Source: a virus (taxonomy: Duplodnaviria > Caudoviricetes). Taken from it: a stretch of DNA of 55,205 nt. Made by a program: the position numbers and the translations under genes. Within the stretch, counting starts at the first letter, position 1; each line of letters begins with the position of its first letter. A model generated the notes under the pieces. It saw only the letters and a program-made list of their open reading frames with translations, made no database searches and was not told where the DNA came from. The DNA is taken from IMG/VR virus record IMGVR_UViG_3300021437_000025, positions 1 to 55,205 of that record; one strand, written 5' to 3'. Positions 54,349-55,205 of this stretch are shown here, piece by piece.

Positions 54349-55205
54349 GCGCCGTATTACAGGAAAATCCACAAGAACTACTGCCGACGGAACTCTCAAT
54401 CACGCTGCGGCCGGCGGAAGTCTTGCCATTTCTCGGCCAGTCATCGAGCCTCACCGAGTCCGAGTCCATGGTCATCGACAGTCACGAGATGGCGCAGATC
54501 GCCGCCGACGAGCGCACCGCGCTGGCCAAACAAATCGAGACGTTGAAGAAGAAGAAGGCGGAGTTCATCGAACCGGCGGAGAGGATCGTCGAGCGGGCGA
54601 AGGCGCTGTTCGACAAACCCATCGCTGATCGCGAGGCCGCGCGCACCATCCTCGGCAGGAAGATCACAGACTACCGGGAACATGAACGCCTGCGTATCGA
54701 GGAAGAGAACGCCATGGCGAAGGCCGAGGCCGAGCGCCGACGGCAGAAAGCGGAGGCCGAAGCCGCCGCCGAGCGTGCCCGCGCCGAGCAGATCGCCGCC
54801 GAGAAGCGCCGCGAGGCCGAGGCCTCGGAGGCGGAGCGTAAACGCGCCGAGGCCGATGGCGACAAGCGCAAGGCGCAGGCCGCCGCCGCCGATGTCGCCA
54901 GGCGTCATCAGGAAGCAGAGGCCGCGTTACAAACCGGCGAGGCCAAAGCCTTGCAGAAAACCCAGACCGCCGCAGTGATGACAGCGGCGCCGGTGGTCGC
55001 CGTGCCGCCGGTCATCGCCGGCTCCACGCAGCGCGACAACTGGACAAATGCACTAAAACCAGACGTAACCGCCGATCAAGCCAAGCAGCAGATCGTCAGC
55101 GCCATAGCAGGAGGCCGTACCGACTTGCTCGGCGTCGTCAAGATCGACGAAGCCGCCATCTGCAAACTCGCAAAAGCGTTGAAATCAGCAATGAGTGTCC
55201 ACGGT
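54345..55205 (+). CDS. coiled-coil protein of the recombination module (continues across the origin to TAA 179-181)
   Basis: ATGA-coupled to the exonuclease gene; long E/A/R/K heptad region; frame is maintained through the terminal repeat. Confidence 0.8.
   Translation, partial: MSAVLQENPQELLPTELSITLRPAEVLPFLGQSSSLTESESMVIDSHEMAQIAADERTALAKQIETLKKKKAEFIEPAERIVERAKALFDKPIADREAARTILGRKITDYREHERLRIEEENAMAKAEAERRRQKAEAEAAAERARAEQIAAEKRREAEASEAERKRAEADGDKRKAQAAAADVARRHQEAEAALQTGEAKALQKTQTAAVMTAAPVVAVPPVIAGSTQRDNWTNALKPDVTADQAKQQIVSAIAGGRTDLLGVVKIDEAAICKLAKALKSAMSVHG
55075..55205. repeat. Terminal direct repeat, right copy
   Basis: Matches 6..136 with one mismatch. Confidence 0.95.

Overview
This window is an essentially complete, circularly assembled genome (about 55.07 kb; bases 6-136 recur at 55075-55205) of a temperate, podovirus-like Caudoviricetes phage, probably from a proteobacterial host. 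It has an xis-like gene, a tyrosine integrase and an attP carrying the 3' half of tRNA-Glu(UUC), followed by a truncated IS3 element. A long minus-strand arm carries Cro, replication genes, a Q-like late regulator with pR'/tR'-like signals, a lysis cassette, TerS, a two-gene TerL, portal, scaffold, an N4-gp56-type capsid, tail genes and ejection proteins that end in a 2992-aa polyvalent protein. A non-canonical tRNA and a phosphoesterase/DUF cluster close that arm. On the plus strand are a CI-like repressor, nested IS1595 elements carrying a type II R-M system, and an early operon with RecT and an exonuclease. The most unusual observations are: (1) a PD-(D/E)XK exonuclease whose DIK/QLAAY block sits at the N-terminus, in frame and between 11-bp direct repeats; (2) a short-variable-arm tRNA with a CAA anticodon overlapping the giant gene's stop codon; (3) three promoters sharing an operator and an apparently leaderless layout, one of them duplicated antisense into the late region; (4) a TerL split at the ATPase/nuclease boundary; (5) an R-M-carrying transporter IS next to cI; (6) att-like scars at the IS3 break point and between terS and terL. 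All product calls come from motifs recognised by eye; no database searches were run.
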